Source: Camelus ferus (Eukaryota). Taken from it: a DNA stretch of 64,000 nucleotides. Made by a program: the position numbers and the translations under genes. The stretch is taken from contig NC_045697.1 in the NCBI RefSeq assembly GCF_009834535.1, positions 110,858,001 to 110,922,000 on the forward strand, written 5' to 3'. The notes under the pieces are model-generated. The model searched no databases. It was not told where the DNA came from and saw only the letters and a program-made list of their open reading frames with translations. Shown piece after piece: positions 1 through 13,600 of this stretch. The stretch's first letter is position 1, and the number at the start of each line of letters is the position of its first letter.

Positions 1-314
1 CACAAAATATCTACTTTTTTCCTATGAATTACAAATACTTCATAGCGCCTATTCAAAACAGGTACCAAGTAAATATTTGATGAAAAACTGTGGAATAAAT
101 AAACTGCTAAAGAGAAAGCTTTCAAAAGAAATAAACAGTAGGCAGTACAAAAGAATATTTCAGCATGTATGTCTCCTCAAAAGTAACAGTATAAAATGAA
201 TCTGCCCAGAAAATTCAAAGACAGCTGGTTAAGTGACGGCAAAAATTTACACATGAAGAAAACAAACAAGCAAACAGATAATGCCAAAAATTTTGACAAG
301 AGCAGGTGGACAGG

Positions 315-465
315 AGTTGGGAGGTCAGCACTCTAACTCCAACTGTTATTTTTTTTGCACTACTTTGGTTGTTATTTAAGTTTTAGTCTCAAAATCTTCA
401 TTTCTGAGATGACAGAATGGGATCAAACAACATCCAAGGCATATTCTGCCTACAAAATGTGACTG
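315..465 (+). mobile_element. MIR3-like SINE fragment
   Basis: Degenerate MIR core (agtctcaaaatcttcatttctgagatg) followed by a MIR3-type tail. Confidence 0.4.
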
Positions 466-668
466 AGGCTGCTCACATGGGGATTTGAATGAATGTAAAC
501 TGAACAAATAAATAAAATGAGCCTAGTCGGTTGGGTACTTTGGACAAAGGATTTGTTTAAAACTTACATAAGGAGGCATTCAGTCTCTACATGTTGCTTA
601 AATAACAGAGATCCGGTTTTGTATTGGTTTTCTTCCTAATCTAAAGTTTATGTTAAGAGAAAATATAC

Positions 669-880
669 CATAGTGGAAAGTACACGAACTCCGGAGACAG
701 TCAGAATTAGGGTAAAATTCAAGCTTTGATATAATTTTAGAAATCTTTGCCAATTAATTAAGCCTTCAGATTTTTAATTTCTTTATTCTGAAGATGAAGA
801 TAGTTCCTACATCATATGGCTCTTTCGAGGACTCAGTATGTGTAGTTTATGTTAAGTAAATGTATGTGCCTGAAATGTGA
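669..880 (+). mobile_element. MIR SINE
   Basis: tagtggaaag start, degenerate core (aatttctttattctgaagatgaagatagttcctacatcat) and gtgcctg tail. Confidence 0.6.
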
Positions 881-2528
881 ATATATACCATTGGATTGGA
901 TTGGACATGGTCTCTAGGATAATATAATTAGAGCCTACCAATGGATTCTTAATGGTAATACAAACACTGTAAATAGGGTCCAGAGCAGAGGCTGTGCAAA
1001 TTAAAGAGTCATGGAGTTTTATAGTTGTAAGATAAGATAACAGTTTTATAGCTGTAAGGAAATATATAGCTTGAGATTTAAGGTAAAGGTAAAGATAAAA
1101 AGAGAAACTGTAAAACTAAGTTTTTATTAAACTAAGAAAAATTTATAGGTAAGTAATTTAAAAATACTCTATCAGCTTTCACTATCAGCTTTCTAGAGTT
1201 CTGATAGCCTATTTTCACACTCCGTTCTTGGAATCTGTGACAGCCAGGATTATTTTAAAAATTATGCCATTAACTCTGTGCTGTCAGAAAAATATTGATG
1301 AAATAATGGGATTCCAATTTTTCCATTCCTTCAACACATGACACATTATCAAAAAAAAAAAAATTTCAAGAGTAAATATCAAACGTATGAAAAAATCTTT
1401 CAACAGTATAAAATTTTTTTAATCCAAGAAAGATTTTTCTCAAATCAAAATAATTATATTAATCATGAGAAGTAATTATTTTTGTATTACTGAGGAGTCC
1501 AATTAATACTAGCATGGATCAGACCAATATCCGGACAATATCCACTTTCTTACAAATAGACTTCAATATAAATCTAATGCTCATAATAAAATATACTAGA
1601 GTGGCAAATGATACTGGACTATGGAATAAATTAAAGTTCTGATTCTAAAACAAAATGAAAGTCAAAGAAAAAACAATAATTAGAAAACCATGACAAAAAT
1701 GACTACACTAAAATTTCTCTGTGGATGAATTTGTAGACTACCATGCTTTGTTTTACAACAAGATAGATTTCTCCTGGTGTCTCAGTAGTTTATGCACTGG
1801 AAATGCCACTAGGTGTCACTATAAGATAAATGATTTCAGTGAATACCTACAATTAACTGATTTCTTTTTTAACTAAAAGAAAAAAAAGGACATTTACTAA
1901 ACATTTATGGAATATATTATTAGATTGGCTTCAAATTATTAAAATATTAGTATACACGTTTGTCTAAAATTTTCCATATTTTTCTAAATTATATTTTATT
2001 TCTTAAAGACTTCCATTACAGCTGGAATCTATAAGCATCAAATTAGGGATTAGGATTAGGGAAAATATTGTGTTGCATATTAAATAAAAGGAAAAACAAT
2101 GAGGCTCTGTAAAACAGAGAGATAAATCCCAAATTTGATTTACAAAAATATATTAATGCAAAATTTAGCTAACCAGGTCAGATTACAAACAAAATTTTGA
2201 AGACTAAGCCACAGATTTCTATCTGCTAAAAATAACCTATAAATCAAACCACTAAAGTTAACATGGAATACATTATACAAATATTTAGAGGTAGTTCTGC
2301 TTGATCATAATAGCACATTGAACGTGAACCAGATCAAACTTGCATTTTTTTCTAAATGTTCAGCAACTACAAAGATATTTAGGTAGGATGCTATGTGATT
2401 CTCAAATATTTCACACCGTGCTTCAGTGAGATTTCTTCTGATTCATTTATAATCCTGTTATAGGATCCCCTGCACGCACCAGAAGAGAAGGCTGGATCTT
2501 CTTAGAAAAGAGCAGCACCCCTGATTTA

Positions 2529-2747
<219 letters not shown>

Positions 2748-4404
2748 CTATTTTAAAAGAAAGGAAAAAAAAACTCAAAAAACCACATACCACTGAAAAT
2801 AGGTTCTCTTCTTTGGAGCAGAAACACGGAGCAAAAAACATGTTCAGGCCATGCAAATGATTTAATCCTGTAGTACATTACTGAAAGGGGTGTGAAATCA
2901 ATAGACTATAAATACAATGAGGAAAACAATGTACTAACAATGTAAAACCGTGAAATTCTACTATTTGACTATTGCAACTAATTCTACTATTGCCATTGAA
3001 TCTACTCCAGAATTTAGACCAATTATAATAAGAAACTGATATTTTATTCAGAATGTAGTCTTCATGCATCAGGAAAATTTAAACAATTATATTAAAAGAT
3101 GATTCCTTCTGGTTTTGATGATCATAAACTATTGAACATCATCCTACTTTTGAGCATTTAAACTAAGAAGAAAATCCCATAAAGTAATTTAAAAAGTAAT
3201 TATTTTCACAAAAAAATAAATGTAGTAAATCTTAATAGAATGCCTAAAACAAAGGGATTTCTCATTATGTATTTATTTATTTAGATCTTAAAGCTCATAT
3301 TATTAGAAAACACTAATATGACTTTAGGTTAGATTATTTTTAATTAACTTTTCAGAGAGATAGTACACATGTTAATATTTGGAGTCTTGCAAAATTTAAT
3401 ATGTTTTTTCTGTGTAGGTGTTTTAGCAAATTCTTAAAATAAAAATTTATTAAATGTAAAACATTAAATACAACAACAGAAAGTTTAATTGTGATGGACT
3501 GAAAATAACTATTACCCAAACTATTAATAATTCCAGAGATTCCAGATAATTTGCCAATTGCTAATTAAGGCTTTTTCCTTTCCTCAGAAAAACCATCATA
3601 CATTCAAGAAATAGACCACTGAGTCTTACTGAGTCTACAGAGCAAAGCTAAAAAAAATAAAGGAACTAAATTTGTGGAAATATAAAATATGCTTGAAAAT
3701 GTATTAATTTTGCTACAATCACTGCAGCATAAAATATTTGCAGATACACTTTTTACATACAAGTTTTCTTTAACACAGTTTTGTGAAGTGATCTTAATTC
3801 TCAATTTAAGACATACATTTTGTATTTTTGTAAGAAAAAAAGTGACTAAGAATGGTTCTCCCTCAGTGCTGGCCACAATTATCGATTCCGTACCACACCA
3901 CCACTGGCTCTCACTTTTGACTTTGGAGGAGTAAGGGACAAAATGAAGAAAGCAATTTATATTAATTAGGGAACTGGAAAAAGGAGTGAAAAGACAAAAG
4001 AAAAGGAAGAAAGCTGATCTCTCATGTCTCATTCCACTGGGCCCTACTTAAAAGTATAAATTAAAATGCTATAACCAATAAGCATTAGAGAATCATCATT
4101 TATTATAATTATTATGAGTGAAAAGGAATATTCACTTCATTCAACCAAAGACACTGGATAGTGCAAAAAAGATTAAACACAGCACAAAAGAATCTCACTG
4201 GAAACAAACTAGAGCAGAAAAATACAGTGAGCAGGGAAACTTCAGCAGAGTTTATTTAATCTGAAGCACGGCATTCAAAGTACATCATCACTTAAGGTTT
4301 GTCACTAGATTAATCTCTGTAATCTAGTAGCAGAAAGTGAAGCAAAGTAGACATGCAGGGCCTGGAATATAGAAGACCCTGAATGGATGGCTGGCTGGAT
4401 ATCT

Positions 4405-4535
4405 GAATAAGTCTGTCCATCCATCTACCTACCTACCTAAGCCCTGTTTATGGCCAATCCCATGGATGGGAACACTGTGGATACGGCAAACCGAAACTTC
4501 TGGTTTTCTGCCTTTCAGGAGATGCTAACTCAGTC
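4405..4535 (-). mobile_element. L2 3'-end fragment
   Basis: ccatccatc...ctaagccctg...ctgcctttcaggag pattern resembles reverse-oriented L2 termini. Confidence 0.4.
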
Positions 4536-6805
4536 AGCTTTTATTATCTTTGTGTACACATAAACAGTCTTAATATTCATTTATAACTATTAAGAAACTA
4601 AGAAGAGAAAACTGGCTTAACTGCACCCAGAGTTTTTAAAATTAAACATGAAACCAAACTTCTGAATAATAAGGTAATTATTGTTTAAAGAGAAAAATAA
4701 TAATATCTGAAAACCACTGCAAGTCGAATAATTGTCTCTTTCGAATGCGCCTTAGAGTCATTCATCTATAAATATAAAGAGCAGAGAAATCTATTGTGTA
4801 GAAGAGAAATTTTAAGAATGATGAGGGTGATGGAATTCTAAACCGTATCCTTTAAGTAAAAGCTGAAACTGGGATCAGAATTTCAGACCACACATGTTCA
4901 GTCCACTGAAAACTAAGTGAATGAGCTAACTAAGCGGCTACTTCATTCTCTAATGAAGTGCAGGGTGTCTGGAGTACATCTTAACTTCTGTTTTACAGAA
5001 CAGAGCGACACCGCACAAAGTGGCATTGAACTGGTGGGTTGAGGGCATGCTGACACCTGGTCTGGAACCAGCTGGCTCCAACATTTTATCAAATTACTAA
5101 TGGAATCAGACTGATTCTCTAAGAGTCAGATTAGGCAAAGGTTTTGTAGCTGACACATTCTCAAGCAACGCAAATAACTCTCATTCGTTAAAGTTTTATG
5201 AATTTTCCTCTTGGAATTAGCAGAATTTTGTTAGATCAGCTGCGACAATTGGGTGGTCCTTTTGAAGTCAGTTTAACCCAAATGCTCCACCATATCCAAG
5301 CAAAATGTGACTAATTCACATGCTGAGATCTCATAAATCTGCCCTGTAATATCACATAGAGACACCTCCATACATAGTGACTTGGCCTTAACAAAAAATA
5401 CTTCTAGGCCACAGAAAGGTATGATAGGAGTCCAAGGGAAAACAGACAATTTTTAAGGACAGTTTTCGGAGTTCCCAAAGATAAGTAAGATACACAGTTT
5501 ATTACTTTATTCTATCACACATTCTGAGCTATGCCTATGTCTAAATTCCCAGCCACCAAGAACCAATGCCACAGAAATGTTCCTCCAGAAGACACTTACA
5601 TTCCTAAAAAAGATTCCTCAAAAGTCCTTCAACGTTACAGTGGAGACAGAACAGAAAAGCTGATGTGTGGAGCTGTAAGGAACCTGATTTCGGCCCTCTT
5701 TGGGGGAGACTTTTAAATATTTTTCCCATGCCTTTACACTAAGACTTTACAGACATTCTGATATTCAAATATTTAAACCTTATTCACTCCATGATTATAT
5801 TTCTATGATCTTAAGGTTAATAATCTAGGTTTTAGAGAAACCATAAAGAGTGAATAATTGTACTTTTAAGCTCTAGGGAGAGTAACTATGTTTCTCCAAC
5901 ACCCAAGCAAGCTCACCTACCTACCTGGCCACCAGCCAGGCTTCCCTGTGAGGCCCCCTCCGATGAACAATGGTAGGGGTTCTAAAGGCACTGCCTAGAC
6001 ACCAAGGTCTTAACCTGCACAGTCACCACACACATTCACAAAGGACAAGATAATAAAACCGTAACACTTAATGCAAAAAATAAAATATAGCCAGGCTGAC
6101 CATGTAAACTTAAAAGAATTAAAAAGATTGATACAATGTGAGCAATTTTGAGAGGACATCCAGAGGGTCCCTCATTCCAGCCATCCTTTGCCTTTTCCTG
6201 CCTTCAGTAAGAACTATCATTTGGTTTCCCACAAGATATTGGAAGGATTAGAGGCCCCTGGAAAAAATGGCTACATTTTTTAGAATACAAAGCCCAGTCC
6301 TCTGATTCAAAAGAGCTCTTCTTTTCCATGAATCTTCTATAACTGCAATCCAATATACATTTAATAGATTTGTGGTGGAGAATTATATAACACTTGTGGG
6401 TGTTTTTGGTTTCTAAATATCCCATATATGAAGCTATAAATTGCAACTATGTAACTTAGCAGAACTTTAGGATATGATAAATCAAAAATGACATAAACAT
6501 ATTAGCTTATTGCTGTGTATTCCTGCCTAGAATTTTATTTGCTTTGTTTTGTTTTTAACGAAGAGTAACTCAGAATATGAAAAAAGTACCAAAAACTTAA
6601 TGATCAGCTGAGTCTCTCAGAACCAAGATGAGATGAAGCCAGCAATGATAAACCCTTTTCTTCATTCATTCAGAACTTTATCTCCTTTCTAGTAGGAAGA
6701 CTTTTTCCAAGTATCTTTAGACCATGGTTTCTTTTACTTTAAAGCTATTGTCGTGCAGTCAGCATCCCATGATTAAACACACATACACACACAAAACATG
6801 GCAAA

Positions 6806-7257
6806 TATACTAGTTTCCTATTGCTGTTCCAGCAAATTACCACACACTTAGTGGCTCAATGCAGCCCACGTTTATTGTCCTAGAGCTGTGGAAGTCAGTG
6901 GTCTAAAATGGGTGAAGTAGCACTGTGTTACTTGTAGAGGTCCTAGGTGCGAATCTGTTTCCTTGCATTTTTCCAGCATCTAAAGGCTGCCCTCATTCCC
7001 TGGCTCAGGTCTCTTTCCTCCATCTTCAACTGTGGCTTTGAACCAACCATAACAGCTCTCTGAGCCTCTGCCTCCCTCTTGTAAGGACTCTTATGATTAC
7101 TTCAAGCCTACCCAGATATTACAGGATAATTTTTGCATTTCAAGACCCTTAACTTAACCACAGCTCCTTTTGCCATGTAAAGTAATATATGCACAGGTTC
7201 TGGGGATCAGGGCATGGTCATCTTTGGGGGATGGGGAGCATTATTCTGCCTACCGTA
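6806..7257 (-). mobile_element. MLT1 (MLT1C/D-like) ERVL-MaLR solo LTR
   Basis: Starts tatactagtttcctattgctg...aaattaccacacacttagtggct and ends ttattctgcctaccgta, matching reverse-complement MLT1D ends. Confidence 0.85.
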
Positions 7258-7361
7258 GAAGGTAAGGTCAAATATCTTTATTCTCTGTGATTTTCTGGGG
7301 AAATGAGGACAAACATTTATTACTACATAATTTTAAACTCTTTTACTTCTGACTTTCTTAG

Positions 7362-7579
7362 CTCGGGTCAACAAACTAAGTCCCACAGGAGACATCTGGG
7401 CTGAAGACTGTTTTTTGTAATTAAACTTTTACCAGAACACAATCATGTCCATTCATTTGTTATTGTCTATAGTTGCTTTGACACTAAAATGGCAGACTGT
7501 TGCAATGCAGACCAAATAGTCTACAAAGTTCATAATATTTACTATCTGGCCCTTTAAATAAAAAGTTTTCTGATCACTA
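7362..7579. mobile_element. MER58A hAT-Charlie MITE
   Basis: gggtcaacaaact...ttttgtaattaaacttttaccagaacac...atatttactatctggcccttta. Confidence 0.85.
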
Positions 7580-7614
7580 ACCATTAGTCACATTTGTTAG
7601 GATTCAATTTCAAA

Positions 7615-10600
7615 GGGATTGGCCAAAATGGTTGAGTAGAAAGACCCTAAGCTCACTTCCTCTCACAAGCACACCAAATTATAACTGTTTGCACATCAAC
7701 CATCATTGAAAAAGACTGGTGTCTACCAGAAAAGATCTTCTACAACTAAAGACTTAAAGAAGGAACCACAACGAGACAGCTAGGAGGGCCAGACTTGCTA
7801 AGATCCAGCTCTGTCCGCCAGTGAGAAGAACCAGCCTCACAATCCCCTAGGCTCTGGCCCTGCCCTCCAGGAAGCCTGGGCTAGCCTCTGGACTGGCCTC
7901 ACCCACCAGAGGGCAGACACCAGTTGCAAGAAAACCAAAACCCTATAGCCTGCAGACCTAACCTGCCCACAGCAGGCCAGATCCTGCCCTGGGACCAGCT
8001 GGGCCCTGCTCTGCCCACTAGCAGGCTTCAGGGCACCCTAGACCCTGTATCTACTTGTGTCAGGGACTGCCCTCCCTGGCCCAGCAATCTGAAACCAGCT
8101 CTGGGACTCCTGGGCCCTGTAACCAGACTCCAGGACCTGGTTCTGCCTACCAGTAGTTCAGCAATAACATCAGGACCTGGCTTCACCCACCAGTGGGCAG
8201 GCAACAGCCTCGGAATCTTATGGATGCTCAGTGAGCCAGCATTAGCTCCAGGCCTCCTGAGGTTCTGTAGTTAGCCACCTCATGACTAGACCCCACCAAC
8301 AAGCAACTGACAGCCTCCACACAAGGGAGAGCTGGGTGACCAACCAGATCAGGGCCAACCGAGCCTACCAGACTACCCAAGGAGCCTGTCACAGCAGAAG
8401 GTCCCATGCAGTCCTAATAGTGAGAACCCCCTGGAGCATATGACTTGGGTGATGAGAAGGCAGTGCACTGCTGGGATGCACAGGACATCTCCTACAAAAG
8501 GCCACTTTCCCAAGACTGGGAAATACAACCAATCTACCAGATACACAAAAAATAAAATAGCAGCTTAGGCAAAATGAGGTGATAGAAGAACATATTCCAG
8601 GCAAAGGAACAAGATAAAAACTCCAGAAGAAGAACTAAGTGAAGTGGAGATAAGCAATACAACCAACAAAGGGTTCAGGGTAGTGATCATAAAGATGATC
8701 AAAGAATTTGGGAGAAGAATGGATGCACAGAGCAAAAAATTAGAAGTTTTTAAAACGAGTTAGAAAATATAAAGAAAACCAAACAGAGATAAAAAAAAGA
8801 TTGTAACTGAAATGAAAAATATACTAGAAGGACTCAACTTAGACTAAATGTTAGAGAAACACATTAGTGAGCTGGAAGACAGAGTAGTGGAAATCCCTGG
8901 TGCCCAACAGAAAAAAGAAAAGAAAGAATGAAAAGAAATGAGGACTGTTAATTTCTGGTCAAGATGGCAGGGTAGTAGGACCATGAGCTTGTCTCTCCTC
9001 ATGACTACAAAAAACCACAACTGAGTGCTAAACAAAGATGGAACCTAGCAAAAAAGATCCTCTTCAAATGGAAACATACAGAGGGAATCTCAGTGGGACA
9101 GTAGGAGGGGCATGCTTGTGAAATGATCAGGCCCTATACCCCCAGGTGGGCCACCCACAAGCTGAAGAATAATTAAGTTGCAGAGGCCCTCCCACAGGAG
9201 TGAAAGTTCTGAGCCCCACATTAGGCTCCCCAGCCCAGGGTTCCACCATTGGGAGGAGAGTCCAGAACAACTGGCTTTGAAAGCCAGCAAGTCTTAACTC
9301 CAGGAACCCCACAGGACAATGGGAAATAAAGACTTCACTCTCTTGAAAAGCACACACAGAATTTTGCATGCACCAGGTCCAAGGGCAGAGGCAGTGACTT
9401 CATAGGAACCTGGGTCAGACCTGCTTGCTGGTTTTGGAAGATCTTCTGGGGAGGTAGGGGTCACCTGTGGCTTACCCTGGGGACGTAAAAGCTAGTGGTG
9501 GACATTTGAGGAGTGTTCATCTACATGAGCTTTCCTGGAGGCTGACATGTTGAAATAAATGATGAGGATATAGGCAACTATCTAAGAAAGAGTTTAGAGT
9601 AATGGTGGCAAAGATGTTCAGAAAACTCAGGAGGGATATAGATGCAAAGAGGGAAGATTTTAGCGAAGAGTTGAAAAATAAAAGAATACCTAAACAGAGT
9701 TGAAGAACAAAATCACTGAAATGAATAATACACTAGAAAGAATCAAGAATAGACTAAATGATGCAGAAGAATGGGTCAGTGAGCTAGAAGACATATTCGT
9801 GGAAATCACTATCACAGAACAGAATGAAAAGAAATGAGGATAGTTTAAGAGATATCTAGGACAACATGAAGCACACTAATATTCACGTTATAGGGGTCCC
9901 AGAAAGAGAAGAGAGAGAGAAAGGACCTGAGAAAATATTCAAAAAGATAATAGCCAAAAACTTCTCTAACTTGAGAGAGGAAACAGTCACCCAAGTCCAG
10001 GAAGCACAGACAGTTCCACATAGGATCAACCCAAAGAGGAACACACAGAGGTACACAGTAATCAAGTTGACAAATTAAGGATAAGGAGAAAATATTAAAA
10101 TCAGCAAAAGAAAAGCAACAAATAACATACAAAGGAACTCCCATAAGGTTATCAGCTGATTTTTCAGTAGAAACTCTCCAGGCCAGAAAGGAATGGCACA
10201 GTATATTTAAAGTGATGAAAGGAGAAAACTTACAACCAAGAATACTCTATTCAGCCAGGAACACATTCAGATTTGATGGAGAAATCAAAAGCTTCACAGA
10301 TAAACAAAAGCTAAAAGAATTCAGCACCACCAAACCAGCTTTACAACAAATGTTAAAGGAACTTCTCTAGTCATCACACCACAAGAAAAGAGAACAAAAA
10401 GAAGAAAGAGGAAAAAAAAAAAAAAAAGACCTACAAAACAAACCCCAAACAATTAACAAAATGACAATAAAAACAAATGCATCTATAATTACCTTATATG
10501 CAAATGGATTAAATGCTCTAACTAAAAGACATAGACTGGCTGAATGGATACAAAAACAAGATCCATATACATGTTGTCTACAAGAGATCCACTAGAGCTA

Positions 10601-13600
10601 GACACACATGCAGGCTGAAAGTAAGGAGATGAAAAGAACATTCCATGCAAATGGAAACCAAAAGAAAACTGCAATAACAATATTTATATCAGACAAAATA
10701 GATCTTAAAATAAAGACTGTTACTAGAGACAAAGAAGGACACTACATAATGCTCAAGGGATCAATCCAAGAAAAGGATATAACAATTGTAAATATATATG
10801 CACCCAACATAGGAGCACCTCAATATATAAGGCAATTGTTAACAGACATGAAAGGAGAAATCGACAATAACCCAATAATAGTGGAGGAACTTAACACCCC
10901 ACTTACATCAATGGAGAGAGCATCCAAACAGAAAATCAATAAGGAAATACAGGCCCTAAATGACACATTAGACCAGATGAACTTAATTGACATCTATAGA
11001 GCATTTCCATCTGAAAGCAACAGAGCTCACATTCTTCTCAAGTGCACACAGGAACATTCTGTAGAACTGATTACATTTGGCCCACAAAGCAAGCCTCAGT
11101 AAATTTAAGAAAATTGAAATCATACCAAGCATCTTTTCTGACCACAATGTTATAAGGTTAGAAATCAGCTACAAGAAAAAAACTGCAAACACGTGGAGGC
11201 TAAACTTTATGCTACTAAACAGCCAAAGGATCACTGAAGAAATCGAAGAGGAAATTAAAAAATACTTTGGGACAAATAAAAAAAAAACCACAATGATCCA
11301 AAACCTTTGGGACGGGGCAAAAGCAGTTCTCAGAGGAAATTTTATACCAATACAAGCTTACCTCAGGAAATAAGAAAATCTTAAGTAAACAACTTAGCTT
11401 TTTACCTAAAGCGTCTAGAGAAAGAAGACCAAACAAAACTAAAAGTTAGTAGAAGAAAAGAAATCATAAAGATCAGAGCAGAAATAAATGAAACAGAGAC
11501 TAAAAAAATAGTAAAAATCAATGAAACTAAAACCTGTTTTTTTGAAAAAGTGAAAAACAGTTGATGAACCGTTAGTTAGGCTTACCAAGAAAAAAAAGGA
11601 AGAGGGCTTGAATCAATAAAGTCAGAAATGAAAAAGGAGAAGTCATAACTGACACCACAGAAATGCAAGGGATCATAACAGGCTACTATGAGCAACTATA
11701 TACCAACAAAAAGGACAACCTAGAAGAAATGGAAAATTTCTTAGAAAGGTACAATTTGTCAAGACTGAATCAGGAAGAAATAGAAAATATGAATAGACCA
11801 ATTACCAGCACCAAAATGGAGTCAGTAATTAAAAAGCTCCCAACAACAAAAGTCCAGGACCAGAAAGCTTGACAGGTGAATTCCACCAAATGTTTAAAGA
11901 AGAGTTAACACCTCTCCTTCTGAAACTATTCCAAAAATTGAAGAGGAAGGAACACTTCCAAACTCATTCTGTGAGGCCACCATCACCCTGATACCAAAAC
12001 GAAAAGCAAAGATATCACAAAAAAAGAAAATTATAGGTAAATATCATTTGTGAATATAGACGCAAGAATTCTTAACAAAATACTAGCAAATCTACTTCAA
12101 ATGCCTATACACCATGGTCGAGCAAGGCAAAGCAATCAATGTGATACAGAACATTAACAAACTGAAGAATAAAAACTGTTTGATTATCTCAATAGATGCA
12201 AAAAAAAAAAACACAAAGCTTTTGGTAAAATTCAACATCCATTTATGATAAAAACTCTCCAGAAAGTGAGCATAGAGGGAACATATCTCAACACAATAAA
12301 GGCCATATATGACCAACACATAGCTAACCTCATACTTAATGGTGAAAAGCTGAAAGCATTTCCTCCAAAATCAAGAACAAGACAAGGATGCACATTCTTG
12401 CCACTTCTATTCAATATAGTTCTGAAAGTCCTAGCCATAGAAATTAGTGAAGAAAAAGAAACAAAGGGAATTCAAATCAGAAAAGAAGAAGTAAAACTGT
12501 CACTATTCCCAGATGACAGGATACTATACATAGAAAATACTAAAGAAGCGACAAGAAAACTACTAGAGCTCATCAATGAATTTGGTAAAGTTGCAGGGTA
12601 CAAAATTAATATACAGAAATTAGTTTCATTTCTATATGCTAACAATTTAATAGCAGAAAAAGAAATTAAGGAAACAATTGCATTCACCATCACACCAAAC
12701 AGAATAAAATACCTAAGTATATACCTACCCAAAGAGGCAAAGGACCTGTACTATGAAAACTGTAAGGCACTGATGAAAGAAAATGAAGACAACATAAAGA
12801 GATGGAAAGATGTACCATGTTCTTGGATCGACAGAATCAATATTGTTAAAATGGCCATACTACCCAAGCAATATACAGATTCAGTGCAATCCTTATTAAA
12901 TTACCAATGACACTTTTCATGGAGCTGAAACAAAAAATGTTAAAATTTGTATAGAAACACAAAAGACCCCGGACAGCAAAAACAGTCTTGGGAAAAGAGA
13001 ACAGAGGTGGAGAAATCATGCTCCTTGACTTAAGACTATACTACAAAGCTACAGTAATCAAAACAGTATTGTACTGGCACAAAAACAGACACATAGATCA
13101 ATGGAACAGGACAGAAAGTCCAGAAGTAAACCCACACACTTATGGTTAATTAAGCTACGACCAAGGAGGCAAGAATATTCAATGGAGAAAAGACAGTCTC
13201 TTCAACAAGGGGTGCTGGGAAAACTGGACAGCTACCTGTGAAAGCCTGAAATTGGAACATTCTCTAACACCACAACAAAAATAAACTCAAAATGGATAAA
13301 AACCTAAATATAAGACCAGATACTATAAAACTCATAGAGAAAAACAGGCAGAATACTCTTTGACATGAATCACAGCAATATTTTTTTCAAACCAGCTCCT
13401 AGAATAATGGAAATATAAGCAAAAATAAACAAGTAGGCTCTAATTAAACTTAAAAGCTTTTACACAGCTAAGGATATCATCAACAAAACAAAAAGACAAC
13501 CTACAGAATGTGAGAAAATATTTGCAAATGATATGATCAAAAACGGACTAATTTCCAAAGTATACAAACAACTTGTACAGCTTAATTTCGAAAAACAAGC

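Noticed and set aside
1169..1207. ctatcagctttc tandem duplication with a ctatcag/ctgatag inverted repeat
   Set aside because: Only a 7-bp stem; an ordinary micro-duplication like those at ~15254, ~42190, ~57690 and ~57842.
2043..2061. ttagggattaggattaggg telomere-like motif
   Set aside because: Only three degenerate units; expected by chance.
7924..8274. 116-aa Pro/Leu-rich ORF
   Set aside because: Inside a GC-richer L1 5' UTR, with a non-ATG start and no recognisable domain.
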